DNA of 64,000 nucleotides from Octopus sinensis. Lineage: Eukaryota. Position numbers and translations under genes: made by a program. The stretch's first letter is position 1. Every line of letters begins with the position of its first letter. The DNA is taken from positions 496,001 through 560,000 of the forward strand of contig NW_021825821.1 of assembly GCF_006345805.1 (NCBI RefSeq), written 5' to 3'. The notes below the pieces were generated by a model. That model searched no databases and was not told the DNA's origin. It was given only the letters and a program-made list of their open reading frames with translations. Below are positions 26,035 to 38,017 of this stretch, in pieces.

Positions 26035-26738
26035 TCAATGAACATATTTTTTATAATTGAATTTTCTGCCTGCAATAAAACAAAGAATTTGTTCTTTTAA
26101 TTCAAATAAACTTTGTTTTTCTTCAGAAATTAGCGCGCTATTAAAAAATATAAACATTTTATACTCAATTGATTTTACAATAAAATCACGTTTCTTCACA
26201 ATTTCCAAAAGTTTTAATATTAGTTGTGACTCTGCCTTTTCAAATGTCTGATCTAAAAACAGCATATATTAAATACTTTACTTACTATTATTTTCATTCT
26301 GTTGTAAATTTTCAAGACAGTACAAGAGATTTTGTTGATTGAGAGTGAGCAATTTATATTGATATCTAAATATATACAAATATATATAACTCCATTTCAT
26401 ATTTTTTCTCCGTGTATTCAATTGATATAAGTTGATTTAATGTAGCTACCCATTTTTCTAATTCCTCTTTTTGTTGATATGGAAAATTAAGTTTGGTTTC
26501 GATATCTTTTAATTTTATGTACAAATATATTTTTTGACTTTCAGTAACGTCGATTAGTCTGTCTAAATTCTTAATTTCTTCCTGACAAGCAATCTATTTG
26601 TGTCCAACAAGTACAGTTTACCACAGTTCGGCGACGCGGGCTGAGGTTCCTATATGTATTTCGATTGGTTTTTCTAGGAGGTTTTGGGGCAATTCGATTT
26701 TTTAAACTAACACTCGGATAAAGCCCCAACTGATACAT
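26035..26738 (-). CDS. Possible bMERB-domain (MICAL/EHBP1 C-terminal type) protein
   Basis: EELEKWVATLNQL..QTFEKAESQLILKLLEIVKKRDFIVKSIE resembles bMERB helices; tiny GT-AG introns; 5' exons unresolved. Confidence 0.45.
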
Positions 26739-27149
26739 TATTTGATTACAATTAGTCGCGATATATACTCAATGTAATACATATGACGTCATTTTTGTCA
26801 TAAAGAGTTTACAATATTTATGAAATATAATATTTCTCTTAATTAAACCACTTAATTAACAAAATAATAATTTCACTCGGTAACAATTAATTGGTCTCGA
26901 GTAAAAACGCGACACAAACAGCCAGTGGAAATCGATGAAACTCAGCAAAAATATTATTATTTACAATAAAAATAAAAAGTAATCATTAAGTAGGAGATTA
27001 AAAACTGGTTTTTTAATGAGACCTTTGTTCACACTAACTCTTCACAGTTTTTACCATTTTCGCTTCTCAATTAAATTATTTAACCAATCCACCAAAATTT
27101 TCTTTGACTCATTCCATGATATGTTGGCAATCCTTTTGAAAGCTAGCTT

Positions 27150-27700
27150 AATGCGTATCTCCATGATATCTATTTTTTAAACAAGTTGATGATGCTTTCA
27201 CATCCATATAATAATTTTGATTCTTCTATAGACTTGCAGACAAAAATAAAAGTTTTGCATCCATCAATGTTGAAATGAATTAAGCACTTTAGAATTTTGG
27301 TCGCCTTTTTCTTCCTAATTGTAAATCTTTTAAGTAGCTTTCCATTATTTCGAAATACCACTCCAAAGAAAATAATTTCTAAATTTTGTTTGAATTCAAA
27401 TAGTAGACTTATAGAATGTCTATTATTATTTTTCCTTGATTTATGTGTAACTGTGCGTTTGTCCGGGCTAGAGATAGGCCTTTTGCTGAGCACCATCATT
27501 TTATTTCATAGACTAATTTGACCAATTTGTGCTGTGGATCGCCAAAATGCAACGATCTATCCGTTATTAGGATATCATCAGCGTAGATAATTAAACAGCG
27601 GCCATGATGCACTGGTTTTGGAATATCTACTACGCAAATGTTGATAGCAGTGGACTCAGTAGCGATTTCTATGAGACCCCTCTCTTCCGTGGCAAAAATT
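27150..27700 (-). mobile_element. Decayed LINE RT fragment
   Basis: RGV..SLLSPLL..IIYADDIL and C-terminal KLLYG remnants. Confidence 0.65.
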
Positions 27701-29354
27701 TCAAGACATTGTTTGCTGCTGATTTAAGCTAACAAAATAAGAAAATCCAATTCTGGTTTGTATAGAAATTAAATTAAAATAAATTTATTAAAAATGAACT
27801 AAAGACGGTGTATTTTACAATGAATTGTGCAGAAAAAGTCATCACAGTGTCTGAGCATGCTACGGAAAAATGATTGATTTGCAGTAATGTGGCCAACAGC
27901 ATGATCCGTGTTATGTGAAGGTCAATAACGTAAAATTCCATTAAATTAAAGACTACAATGAGTTGGAAAGTCGAAGGCGGAGAGAAACCACAATGACAAA
28001 CTTAAACGTCTCAAAATCATATTTTAGCAATGTATTTAAAAATGAAAAAATTAAAACGTGAGGATAACAGATTCAGGTCAAAAACAAAAACTTAAAATTA
28101 TTAATTAATTTAAATTTTAAAATTACAATTATACATAAGCGGTTTTCTAAAATATTTCGTTTAAATTTAATTAATTATAATAAATTTGTATTTACAGTTT
28201 TGTTGTACGCAATGAAGATTAAAGTCAAAGGTTAGGAAATTATTTCAAATTAAAATAAAAAAGAATGGAAAGTATATGGAACTTGGAGATGGAACATCGA
28301 AGACGACTGTTGTGGTATATGTCGCATGCCTTTTGAATCATGTTGCTTAAATTGTTTATTTCCCGGTGACCAGTGTCCTATCGGTCTTTAATTTTTATAT
28401 TTTGATTAGCTTGGAGTGTTTGCCAACATTACTTTCACCGCCATTGCATTAAAAAATGGCTCTCTTCTCAAACCAGCCAAACATGTCCTCTCTGCAGACA
28501 GGAGTGGCTTACCTCATCCTAATAACTTTTTCTTGCTTAATTTTTTTACGTTTTTTGACGTTCACATCAGTTTTGACTTTTTAACGTTATTCGATCGTTT
28601 TTCTTTTATGGAGAAAGTCATTGATATTTGTGTTTTAAAGACATCCAATACTTTAAACTTTTTTAAGGTTCGAATATTTCTGTGAAAGGATTCAAAGGCA
28701 TACAATAAAACTTTTTTGACTAGTGGGGGTCCATTGAATATAAAACTTATCGGAATTTATTTTTGGTTTGATTAGTCAAAAAGAGTTATCAAACTCTGTT
28801 TTTGATTTTTGCCTGTCTGACTAGCGTATTCTGGGATTCTGAAGTATTTTCAGAAATACCAATTCCCTTCAAACGTGACTTTTTTATTTAGTTCTTTGTT
28901 ATCTGTTTTTTTCGACTTTATTTTTGCCCGCGGAAAATGTTGAGAGCAATTCTTTTTTAATTAAAATAGTTGGGTTGTTTTTGATCGAATATCTTTTTAT
29001 AATGGGATGTAGCAAAAAACAAAAACTTTGGTTATTTATTGTTATTTCACAAACTGATGCAATATTACTTTTTCAATAGAACGAAATAAATTAAATAAAC
29101 TAAAAGAAAACGCCGTCGAGGAAAGGTTTGCTTGATAATTACACCGGAAGAGAGAAAAATAAATTTTTCGAATAGGCAGCATTGTAGTGCAAGAAATTGT
29201 GACATGGTAGTGCTAAAACACACTTTCCTGTCTTTGAAGTCAGTCGGTTGTTGAGTAGGCATAGGTCCTAAAAACCGCGCAAAAAAGACAATTTGAGAAT
29301 AATAGAATTAATTACTTAACAAATATTTCGTGGTTTTAGGGTTAAGTAAAAAAA

Positions 29355-29930
29355 GATGGTTCGAGCCATCCGCGAATCGAGATGGTTTTTCGAGCCATCC
29401 CGCGTCATGCCGCTCTTAACGACCTTATCAGGAGAGCCCTGGAAGTCGCCGGAATCCCCTCCCTGCTTGAACCCACTGGGATCGATCGGGGGGACGGAAA
29501 AAGGCCTGACGGGATAATTGTGTTTCCTTTCAACAGGGGGAAGCCTCTCACCTGGGATGCCACGTGTGTGGACTCTTTCTCGCCTCAGAACCTGCTGATG
29601 TCGGCCTCCGCTCCTGGATCTATTGTCACAACCGCGGAATGCAAAAAGATGCGGAAGTACTCCTCACTTACGGAGAAGTTCCAATTCCTTCCATTCGCGA
29701 TTGAGACTTCCGGTTCCTTAGGCAGTAAGGCAATCAGCTTCGTTCAGGAGATCGGGTCCCGCATGTCTGCCATCACAGGCGACGCCCGCGAATCGAGATG
29801 GTTTTTCGAGCGGATATCCCTTGCGATAGTACGCTCTAACTCTTTCTCGATCGCGTCGGCTTCCCGGCCTTGAAGCTTTTAATTAATTAACTTGTAGTTA
29901 TTGGTTGGTTTGTCAAAAAAAAAAGTAAAA
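29355..29930 (+). mobile_element. CRE-like element, 5'-truncated, with rearranged 5' junction and A-tail
   Basis: PRHAALNDLIRRAL..IDRGDGKRPDG..WDATCVD..FERISLAIVRSN; A-run at about 29916-29933. Confidence 0.92.
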
Positions 29931-30029
29931 AAATAAATTGATATTCTTATGATCTTTAAAAAATTTTATTCTTAAAATATTGCCAAAAAAATTATTGAGA
30001 AATCCAAAAAATCAATAACCGACAAAATT

Positions 30030-32131
30030 CTAAAGAAGTTCAGCTGCCAAATCTTTCAATTGGTTGAGTTTTTCTGAGTCAAATCGCAACCTGTCCATCG
30101 CTTTTCGATTGATGAGTTTTAAGACTTCACGTTTATCTCCAAGCATATTCTCCATCAGCACTAAACAAAAAACAGTGAAAAATTCTATATCACTGACTCC
30201 AGAAGCCTAGAATAAAACGCTTAGAGAAACCTCTAATTTTATATTATAAGATTCTTTGTTCACATACTTCTTAGTTTCAAAAAAGTCATTCGTCGGAACA
30301 AAAAGTCCGTCTGATCGTTGCATTTTTATTATTTTTATTAATTCGTTCTCAGACTGTCCTTTATTGCTATCAACTTGAGGCGCTGAATCCGTTTCTGACC
30401 AGCCTTCCGAAATTTGTAATAAGCCTTTTTGTGCTTTATATAAAGTTGGCTGAGAACTACCGAGTGAGCGAGAAGCATTGGAAGCACACATAGATCCACT
30501 TGCCATACCAAAACCGCCTTTTGAACGTTTTAATGAGCCTTTTTGTGCAAGACACAATGACTCAGAAGTATCGGAATCGCACATAGATGTCTGTCCTAAA
30601 CTATCATCATCAAATTCCTCAAGATCATCATTTTCCTGGTACAGTCTAACCCCGGGGTGGGGCACCAAAGTGCCCCAAAAAGCGGGGGTGCCCTTCCAAA
30701 CAGGGGTCTGGTTCAAACTATTGAATTATAGTTTATTTAACTTAAATTTTGGTTTACTTTGCGAACAAAGAACTCTTTCACATCTCTCAAAGTGTCCTGC
30801 AGACGCCATATTCTCAATCAATGCAGAGGAAACTCCACTTTCAATACCAATTGTGAACACTCTAAGAAGATGACAGAATAAGACTACTGGTTGTACTCGG
30901 AAAAAGTTCTTACAGCATTAATCACTTCCCGGTCGTTGTCAACGGAGCGGTGGCTGCTGCCACCAGATATGAGTATGATCTATAATGACATATTTGAACG
31001 ACCTTTCGCTCGTAGTGTGGCACAGTCAGCTGATCATATAGGCTAAGCAGAGGTTCAAAGATTTCTGTCCCGCCCATGTCTGCATTCAAATTATCGATAT
31101 AACTCAACTCCTTCTTTTAGGCATTTTCGGTGGCAAATGGCAAAAAACAAAATTATTAAAAACCGCTTACTTTTCGAACAAATATTCAAATTGACTCCCA
31201 AATCTTACAATATTGAAGTAAGACCGGCGGGAGACTCAGAACCCCAATCTTTAGAGCTTCTCCCGCTAGTTTAATACTGTTTCTAACCATGCTCCCTGAT
31301 CTGTCGACCAAAAATACAAATTCTAGTTCCATTTCTGTAATTTTTTTTTCTTCAAAATGTGGGACGTGAGTCAACATGAGAACATTCGTCTCCCCCTCTT
31401 CCAGAATTGCTCTTCCAAGCTCATTATCAGCATATTTAATGTAAATATGTATGTCTTGATGTTTGAGAGGAAGTTGAATAAGTTTGAATGTACGTGGTTG
31501 GTGTTCGAATGCCAATTCTTTGACATTCGAATAAATTCTTTTGATATTTCCAGCCATACATTCAATATTTCCAGTAAAGTTCATCAAGTTCAATATTTTC
31601 TTATCTTTTAAATATATTTCTTGTGGTTCAGTCCTGTGTTTAGGCAAATAACGAGGGATCAGTTCGAGAGGAAGAACAAAGGAGGAAATAAAGTCCTCGT
31701 GGTTATATGATAGAAGAACTAAATAACGAATTTTGACTTTAACGGTTTGATTTGGCATTACGTTGCCCACTTTGAGGGATATTATGTCATCGGCTTTGTG
31801 GAAACCCAAAAAGGCAATTTTTTTCTTTGAAATTGCTTCGTCGTATCTTTTTGGGCCTCTTTTTTTCGATGCATTTTTCTTCGACTGTCCTATCTCCTAT
31901 TTCTGCCACGAATCGGTAAACTGAGGCTGAATTTTTTTATAGGAAATGAGATTGCGCTGTTCATTGTATTTTTGAAGTTGTTGTTATAGGTTACCCACAT
32001 CTGCAAACATGTCCATAATGTTTGCTTCACGATCAATATACGTAGGTTCAAACTCATCTGGTGAGTTATATAAATTATTTACTTAAATTTCCAGAATTTA
32101 TGTCAATAATAATGACATTCGTAACCGACAT
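30030..32131 (-). pseudogene. VWA5A-like (VIT + VWA) gene, disrupted or mis-assembled
   Basis: VIT (YRFVAEIGDR..VGNVMPNQTVKVKIRY..LIPRY), VWA (FVFLVDRSGSM, ADMGGTEI, RVFTIGI), C-terminal KMQRSDG; several frameshifts and an apparent internal deletion. Confidence 0.7.
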
Positions 32132-32499
32132 AGAGAAAAAATTTCAGACCTATTTTTTAATAATTCCTTTAATACACCAAGCTAACAATTTCACGAAAAC
32201 CAAAACACCTTCCTAAATTCATAATAATCAAAATCAAGTTTTTATTTTCTTGTTGCTATGAGCATGTTGGTTTTTGACGATATGAACAGAAACCTCTTTG
32301 ACGACCAATCTACAGAGACAATTAAAAAAAACACCAAAATACCGTAATGCACCAAAATACCACAATAATGCTCATATGGCTTTAAAAATCAAAAAAAAGA
32401 TATCTAAAGGATTGCTTTTTTACTTCGCCATAAGATCAAGATAATGGAAGATAAAATGAGGTTTTACGACTCAAGGAAGGAATTCAGAAAACGAATTGG

Positions 32500-33865
32500 T
32501 GTTATGAACTAAATAGAAGACGTTTCTATAGATCAGGGGAATAATAAGAAGGCTGTAATTAATTTTAACCAAGAATGCCGGAATGTCTTCCGTTCTGGAC
32601 CAACATCTGGAATAAACATGAACAGATGAAAAGCATTTTTCCGGTGATGAAAAGAGTCACTGGTTCTGAGAAAACTAGTTCCCAAACAAAGGAATTATTG
32701 ATATTATAAAAGCTCTTCCAAATTGGAAAGAAAGCGGCTGTGATGATGTTTACAACTTTTTTGATAAAGAGCTTGACCCCTATGCGAAGAAATACGGAAA
32801 ATAATAAAAAATGAATATACGCCAGAAGATTGGTTTTACATCGAAATTGCGTACTTCATACCAAAAATGGATGTATGTGATTCGCTCAAGGATCTGAAAC
32901 CAGTTACGTGTATGCCCAACCTGTATTAACCGATGACAAAGTGTGTGAAAGACAAATTATCAGAATATATCGAAGCATATGGTCTTGTTAGCGACAATCC
33001 ACTTGGAACACGAAGAATGTGTCAGGGAACGAAGGAACAGGCATTTGTAAATCAGTGTATCAACCAGCAAAATAAGAATAAGCTATCTTGTATGTGGATT
33101 GATGTGAGGAAAGAATTTGACTGATTTGACCACGAATTCTTAATCCGAACTCTGCAAAACTCTGGCCTCCCGTGTTGGATAATAATGTTTATCAAAAAAC
33201 TCACTACCAAATGGAAAATCAGTATAAATTTTAAAAACAGAACACTGGGAGAAGTTAAATCAATAGAGGTTTACTGCAAATAGATTCTCTCTCACCTCTG
33301 ATCTTTGTGCTGTTGATAGATTCTCTAAGCCGAATGCTCAACGGAAAATTCCCGAAAGTAATGATGGGAAACTCAGGAAGGGGGGAACCCGCATATGCTA
33401 CTAACCACCTTCTTTTTATGGACGATATAAATCTGTTTTCGCGTCACAATTACGTAATGGAAATGATGGCAGAAGTTGAATTGTTTTTTGACCTAGCTGG
33501 ATTGGAAAAAAATGAAAAATCTGCGACTAATGTCAAGTCTTTGTTTATGAAAGCTTGCTTACTCGATTGCCTGGATGGATATCGATATCTGGGGATTCTT
33601 GAAGATAAAAATAGCAACGTTCTGAAAAATAAAGTTATGGAGAAAATCTATGAAGAAGAATCAAAGAGAATTAAAAACCTGACCCAAACTTAATTAAATT
33701 CTGTAAACTTGTTCAAGGCTATAAACGAACACTCACTCTCTATAACTATTATATTGGATTGATATTGAGCCCGGAGAGTTCGATCAGATCGATAAGAATA
33801 TTCGTCGAATTCTTATGGACAATCATATTCTCTTTAAACCCGCAAACAAGTTTGAGCCATTTTTT
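32500..33865 (+). mobile_element. R4/Dong-like RT fragment, decayed
   Basis: LPNWK..GCDDVYNF, PVTCMPNLY, LGTRRMCQGTKEQA, WIDVRKEFD, DSLSPL, NHLLFMDD, YRYLGILED, NLFKAINEH. Confidence 0.85.
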
Positions 33866-33879
33866 CCTACTGCCTGGTT

Positions 33880-34500
33880 TGAATTTCAGTTTTCTTTTCT
33901 TAACACTAATTTATTTAATTGTCAAATATACAATTTGTGACAAATTCCAAGAATATTATTCGAATTTATTAATAAGTTCTGCATAGAATGACTATATGGG
34001 TTTCATGTTATTTTTCACTTGTTTAATTCTGACAAAGAGTGTAATTGACTATCAGAAAACTTTCCAACCGGACTGTGACAACTTTAACTTCCAACTGAAC
34101 TATAATCAGAAGTGTCCAATTCTTCAATCTGCCAGTTCTCGTTATGAAGATATTGTTTTGAACACCCAACTCAAATGCAGACCAAGCGACCTACGAGAGC
34201 ACAGTAAATCAGTCTCCTACAAAAGCACAGTGCACTCAAACATGAGCAAAATATATATTTGGTGGATATAAGGGAACCTATAGCGAAGAATTGGTTTATT
34301 CTACGGGGAGTTGAAGTGAGGAATGAGACGAGGAGTATTCAGGAAGGGGACTCTACGGAGGTGTACAAGTCTATATTTAGTACGAGTGAGAAGGCAACCA
34401 ATCAACTCAAACCTAATTGGATAACCCAGAAATTGCTTCGCGAAACTTCAGTGAATACGTTTTTTTCATATCCATCATTTTTCATGTCGATAAATTCTTC
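33880..34500 (+). other. Possible beta-hexosaminidase (GH20) N-terminal gene fragment
   Basis: NFNFQLNYNQKCPILQSASSRYEDIV and REPIA..LRGVE recall the HEXA/HEXB N-domain; no catalytic domain seen. Confidence 0.35.
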
Positions 34501-34825
34501 CTGAATTATACAATTTTCAGAAGGAAGATTTTCAACTGAAATTGAAAATAGGTTGTTTAAAAACAATAATATTTATTAAGATCCAAAATATCAAGAAAAT
34601 ATCTAAAAATTGAGATGCGAATTGAGTGCTTTGGCTTTAAAATAGTTTATCGTTTTTATTACTACATTCATGAAAATTTTCAAATTATCATGTATCGTTT
34701 TCATCATCAATGCATGACGGTGGACCATGCAATATGTCACATGCCTCAGCGATTACTATGCCCCACTCGTTACCTCTGAGAAATATGATTTTTAATTTTT
34801 AAGAAAAATTAAAAAATCAATCATA

Positions 34826-36200
34826 ATGAATTGAATTGAAATGTTTATTTTCTATGTAACAAACTCGTCACTAGATTAAAAGGGGAGAGAAGAGCCAAAC
34901 GAAACCAAGGAGACGGAAGAAACAAGTTTGTTTGCTGATTGGGGTCAATTCTAATGGGACACCAGATGTCCCTTCGATAAAAATAACGACCCCTTGCACC
35001 ACTATTTATTTAAGTGATGCAACAGTTTTTCAATGGATCGTACCGATCCCTCCAGCTCTGGGGTTAGTTTGGATTTTAAGTCCAAGCCATGTGCCAGTTT
35101 AATGGCATATCTCCGCGTTTTCTCCAAAAGATCAATATGTTTCTTTCCTTCGCAGCTTCCGAACCATCCTTGAGATCCATAGATCAGGAAGGGTTCTATA
35201 CACGCAGAGTATACGTATAAGAACGTTTCCGGTTTCAGCTGGAATCGCATCAGAGCTTTCAACATTTGGGTAGCCTTGTTCTTTCTCTTCCTTATATACA
35301 TCTTGAATGAACCAGTTGCATCCACAACTATTCCGAGGTATTTAAGATCATCCACGGGTTTTATCGCTCCGGTGTTAATACAAACATCAGGTTTCCTTCT
35401 CCTTTTACCAATCCAGCAAACAGTGCTTTTTTCAAAAGATAAAGACAAGCCTTTATCCTGGCACCATTTGCCAATTTTTTCGATATGACTGTGGGTTCTT
35501 TTCCACGATATTGACTTGCTCATAGAGAAATCCATAATTAAAATATCATCTGCGTAGATGACCATCTCCATGCTAGGGAGATCCACTTGAGGGATGTCGC
35601 ACATCACACAGTTAAATAAAAGTGGACTGATGACAGATCCCTGCGGAACTCCTCTCTTAAGCAAAATTCTCTTCGATAATTGGTTACCGACCCGTACAAA
35701 CGATTCTCTTTCCGAGAGGAAACTCTTCATCCAAACTAGGGCTGTCTTTCCAACGCTAAAATTGTATAAAGTTCGTAATAGCCCGGCATGCCAGACGCTA
35801 TCAAATGCTTTTGATATGTCTAGACATGCAGCCGTAAGATACTCTTTTTTCCTTTGTGCTGTAGATATGCCTCCTTTAACAGTGAAAAGCAATTTCCAGT
35901 GCCCTTGTTCCGCCGAAAACCCCATTGCTCTTTCAAGAGATACTGTTTATCTTCAATAAAGTTGATAGTCTTTTAAAGACAATTTTTTCCATGATTTTTG
36001 AGATAGAACATATGAGGCTGATTGGTCTGTAATTTGCAGGATCCGAACTCGGTTTTCCTTTCTTCGGGATCATGCAAACAATTGTCCTCTTCCATGCTTG
36101 GGAACATGTCCAATACTCCACGAAGAGTTAAATAGCTTCCATAGTTCATATAACAAAGGCATTCCCGCCTTTTTGAAGATAATCATCGGTATGTAGTCCC
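34826..36200 (-). mobile_element. 5'-truncated Jockey/I-group LINE (RT)
   Basis: YRPISLI, LDISKAFD, GVPQGSVISPLLF, YADD, LKYLG; AATAAA followed by TTCAA tail repeats at 34826-34843. Confidence 0.88.
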
Positions 36201-36414
36201 AATCAATCATAATGCAATAAAATTCAAATTATATATAAAGTTAATTAGAGTACAATTTAATGATATACTAAAAGATGCTTTAAAATAAATAAATTAAAAT
36301 AATATTTTTAATACAACAAAACATTATGACTGCTACGGACATTAAAACATATTTTAAATGATGTGAATTGTGTGAAAAGCTTAAAGCAACATAATTTGAT
36401 AGTTTATAGGGCGA

Positions 36415-36575
36415 GGAACGACCCCCGTGAACTGATGTGGCTTTTTGAGCGCATCTCTCTCGCAGTTCTAAGGGGGAACTGTTCCTCGATCCTCCTCTCG
36501 GCTGCGGTTCCGCCTCTTAATTAGTGATTTCTTTACCTTATAAACTTCACAAATTGAAAAAAAAAAAAAAAAAAA
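36415..36575 (+). mobile_element. CRE-like extreme 3' end with poly(A)
   Basis: DPRELMWLFERISLAVLRGN then short UTR and an A-run. Confidence 0.8.
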
Positions 36576-36713
36576 TTATTTTGTCCTTTATTTGATTCTT
36601 TTCATGTAAACTATCTTTGTATCTCCATTCGAAAATTCTACATTAACGCGGTTATAAGAAAGATTGATTTGATCGTGACAGTATCACAACAAGCACTTTC
36701 AAATTTTTTCAAA

Positions 36714-36849
36714 CCCTAACCCCAACCTTTGCCCTAACCTTTACCCTAACCTTAACCCCAACCTTTACCCTAACCTTTACCCTAACCCTAACCCCAACCT
36801 TTACCCTAACCTTTACCCTAACCCTAATCTTTACCTTAGCCCTAACCCC
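36714..36849 (+). repeat. Interstitial telomere-like hexamer array
   Basis: About 22-23 in-phase hexamers: CCCTAA mixed with CCTTTA, CCCCAA and CCTTAA. Confidence 0.9.
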
Positions 36850-37225
36850 GACAATAAACAGCATGCTTAATTTATTGTTTTTTAATTTTAATGGTTAAGC
36901 ATTGAAAAAATAAAAATCCATAATATTATTAATTTTTAAATTAATAAGTAAATATATTTCAATCGTCTAAATATTTTTAATTGAAATTTTAGAAATTTAG
37001 AGCAATGGTAACGCGTGGGGCATGGTAACGCGTGGGGCATGTGACACAATATAACGAACATTGACCAATAATTCTACTCATGAGGCATGTTTTATTCCAA
37101 CAATTGTTGATCGTCTTACAAGAAATGTCATTCAAGAATATGATTTAAAAATTACGCCAAGAATGATTTAAAAATTATAACGGGAGAATAAGATTAAATA
37201 ATGAGTTTGTCCTATTAAATTAACA

Positions 37226-37740
37226 TTAATGCCAGGGAATTAACATAATTTCCCTAGTTAATGACTTTTCCCGAACATCTATATCCATCAACCATAAATT
37301 GAATTCTTTTGAAGTCATCCACGAAGTTTGGTTGTATAAATATCTACAAAAATCTGAAATTCCCATATAAATATTGTGACGTTTTTTAAATTTCGACACC
37401 CAGCCATTAGTTTTTTTAAATACTTTAGTTTCATTTGAATTAGAACACCCATTTCCATTTCCATATAATAACTTTGTTTTTTCCTGGAAGTTTGCATCAT
37501 TATAAGAGTCATCGCCGGCTTTAACCATATTAACGCATTCCTTTAACTCAAATCAATATTTGTGAATTTTAAATTTCGTGGTGTAGAATTCAAATTTCGA
37601 TGTTTGATTTTCTTCTTGATTAGAAAGGAAAATATTTCGAAAACTTTACTGTGTTCTACATGTTAGTATTTTTGCAGTTTTCAATAATAGCCATTTGTTC
37701 TTTTAAATTCAGAGATTTGGAGCGATTTTTAATTATCAGC
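37226..37740 (-). mobile_element. pogo/Tigger transposase remnant
   Basis: FKKTNGWVSKFKKRHNI (CENP-B HTH) and SWMTSKEFNLWL (DDE_1 region) with internal deletion. Confidence 0.7.
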
Positions 37741-38017
37741 AATATTTTGATTAAGTTACATATAAAGAACATCATGATTTACCAAAACACGAGACAAAAA
37801 CAAGTAATTAATTTCTTAATCAAATAATTAAGCATCTAACTAATTTAATAAATAAAAATTTAAAATTAATTTTAAAAAGTGGTAGAAAATAAAAAATGGT
37901 AAGATATAGAAAAACATAAAGGAAAAACAGAACTTCATTTTTTAAGAAAAAAAGAGAGTGAAAATCATAGAGGTGATAAATTAGAGAAATTTGACTGTAT
38001 TTATTATAGGAAATGTA

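Larger units (their letters stand above)
34735..37046. repeat. Pair of 40-bp imperfect inverted repeats (34735-34774 and 37007-37046), TIR-like
   Basis: Reverse complement of the left copy matches GGTAACGCGTGGGGCATGGTAACGCGTGGGGCATGTGACA at 33/40. Confidence 0.65.

Noticed and set aside
26155-26172. Possible 18-nt intron in the bMERB-like gene
   Set aside because: In frame either way and below the size range seen elsewhere; undecidable without RNA
27790-29270. Short ORFs (28416-28685, 29065-29262) and GC-richer patches
   Set aside because: No recognisable motif or consistent splice model
22430-32380. Repeated CACCAAAAT motifs at about 22440-22495 and 32330-32365 (MULE-like subterminal repeats)
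   Set aside because: No paired termini, TSD or transposase; too weak
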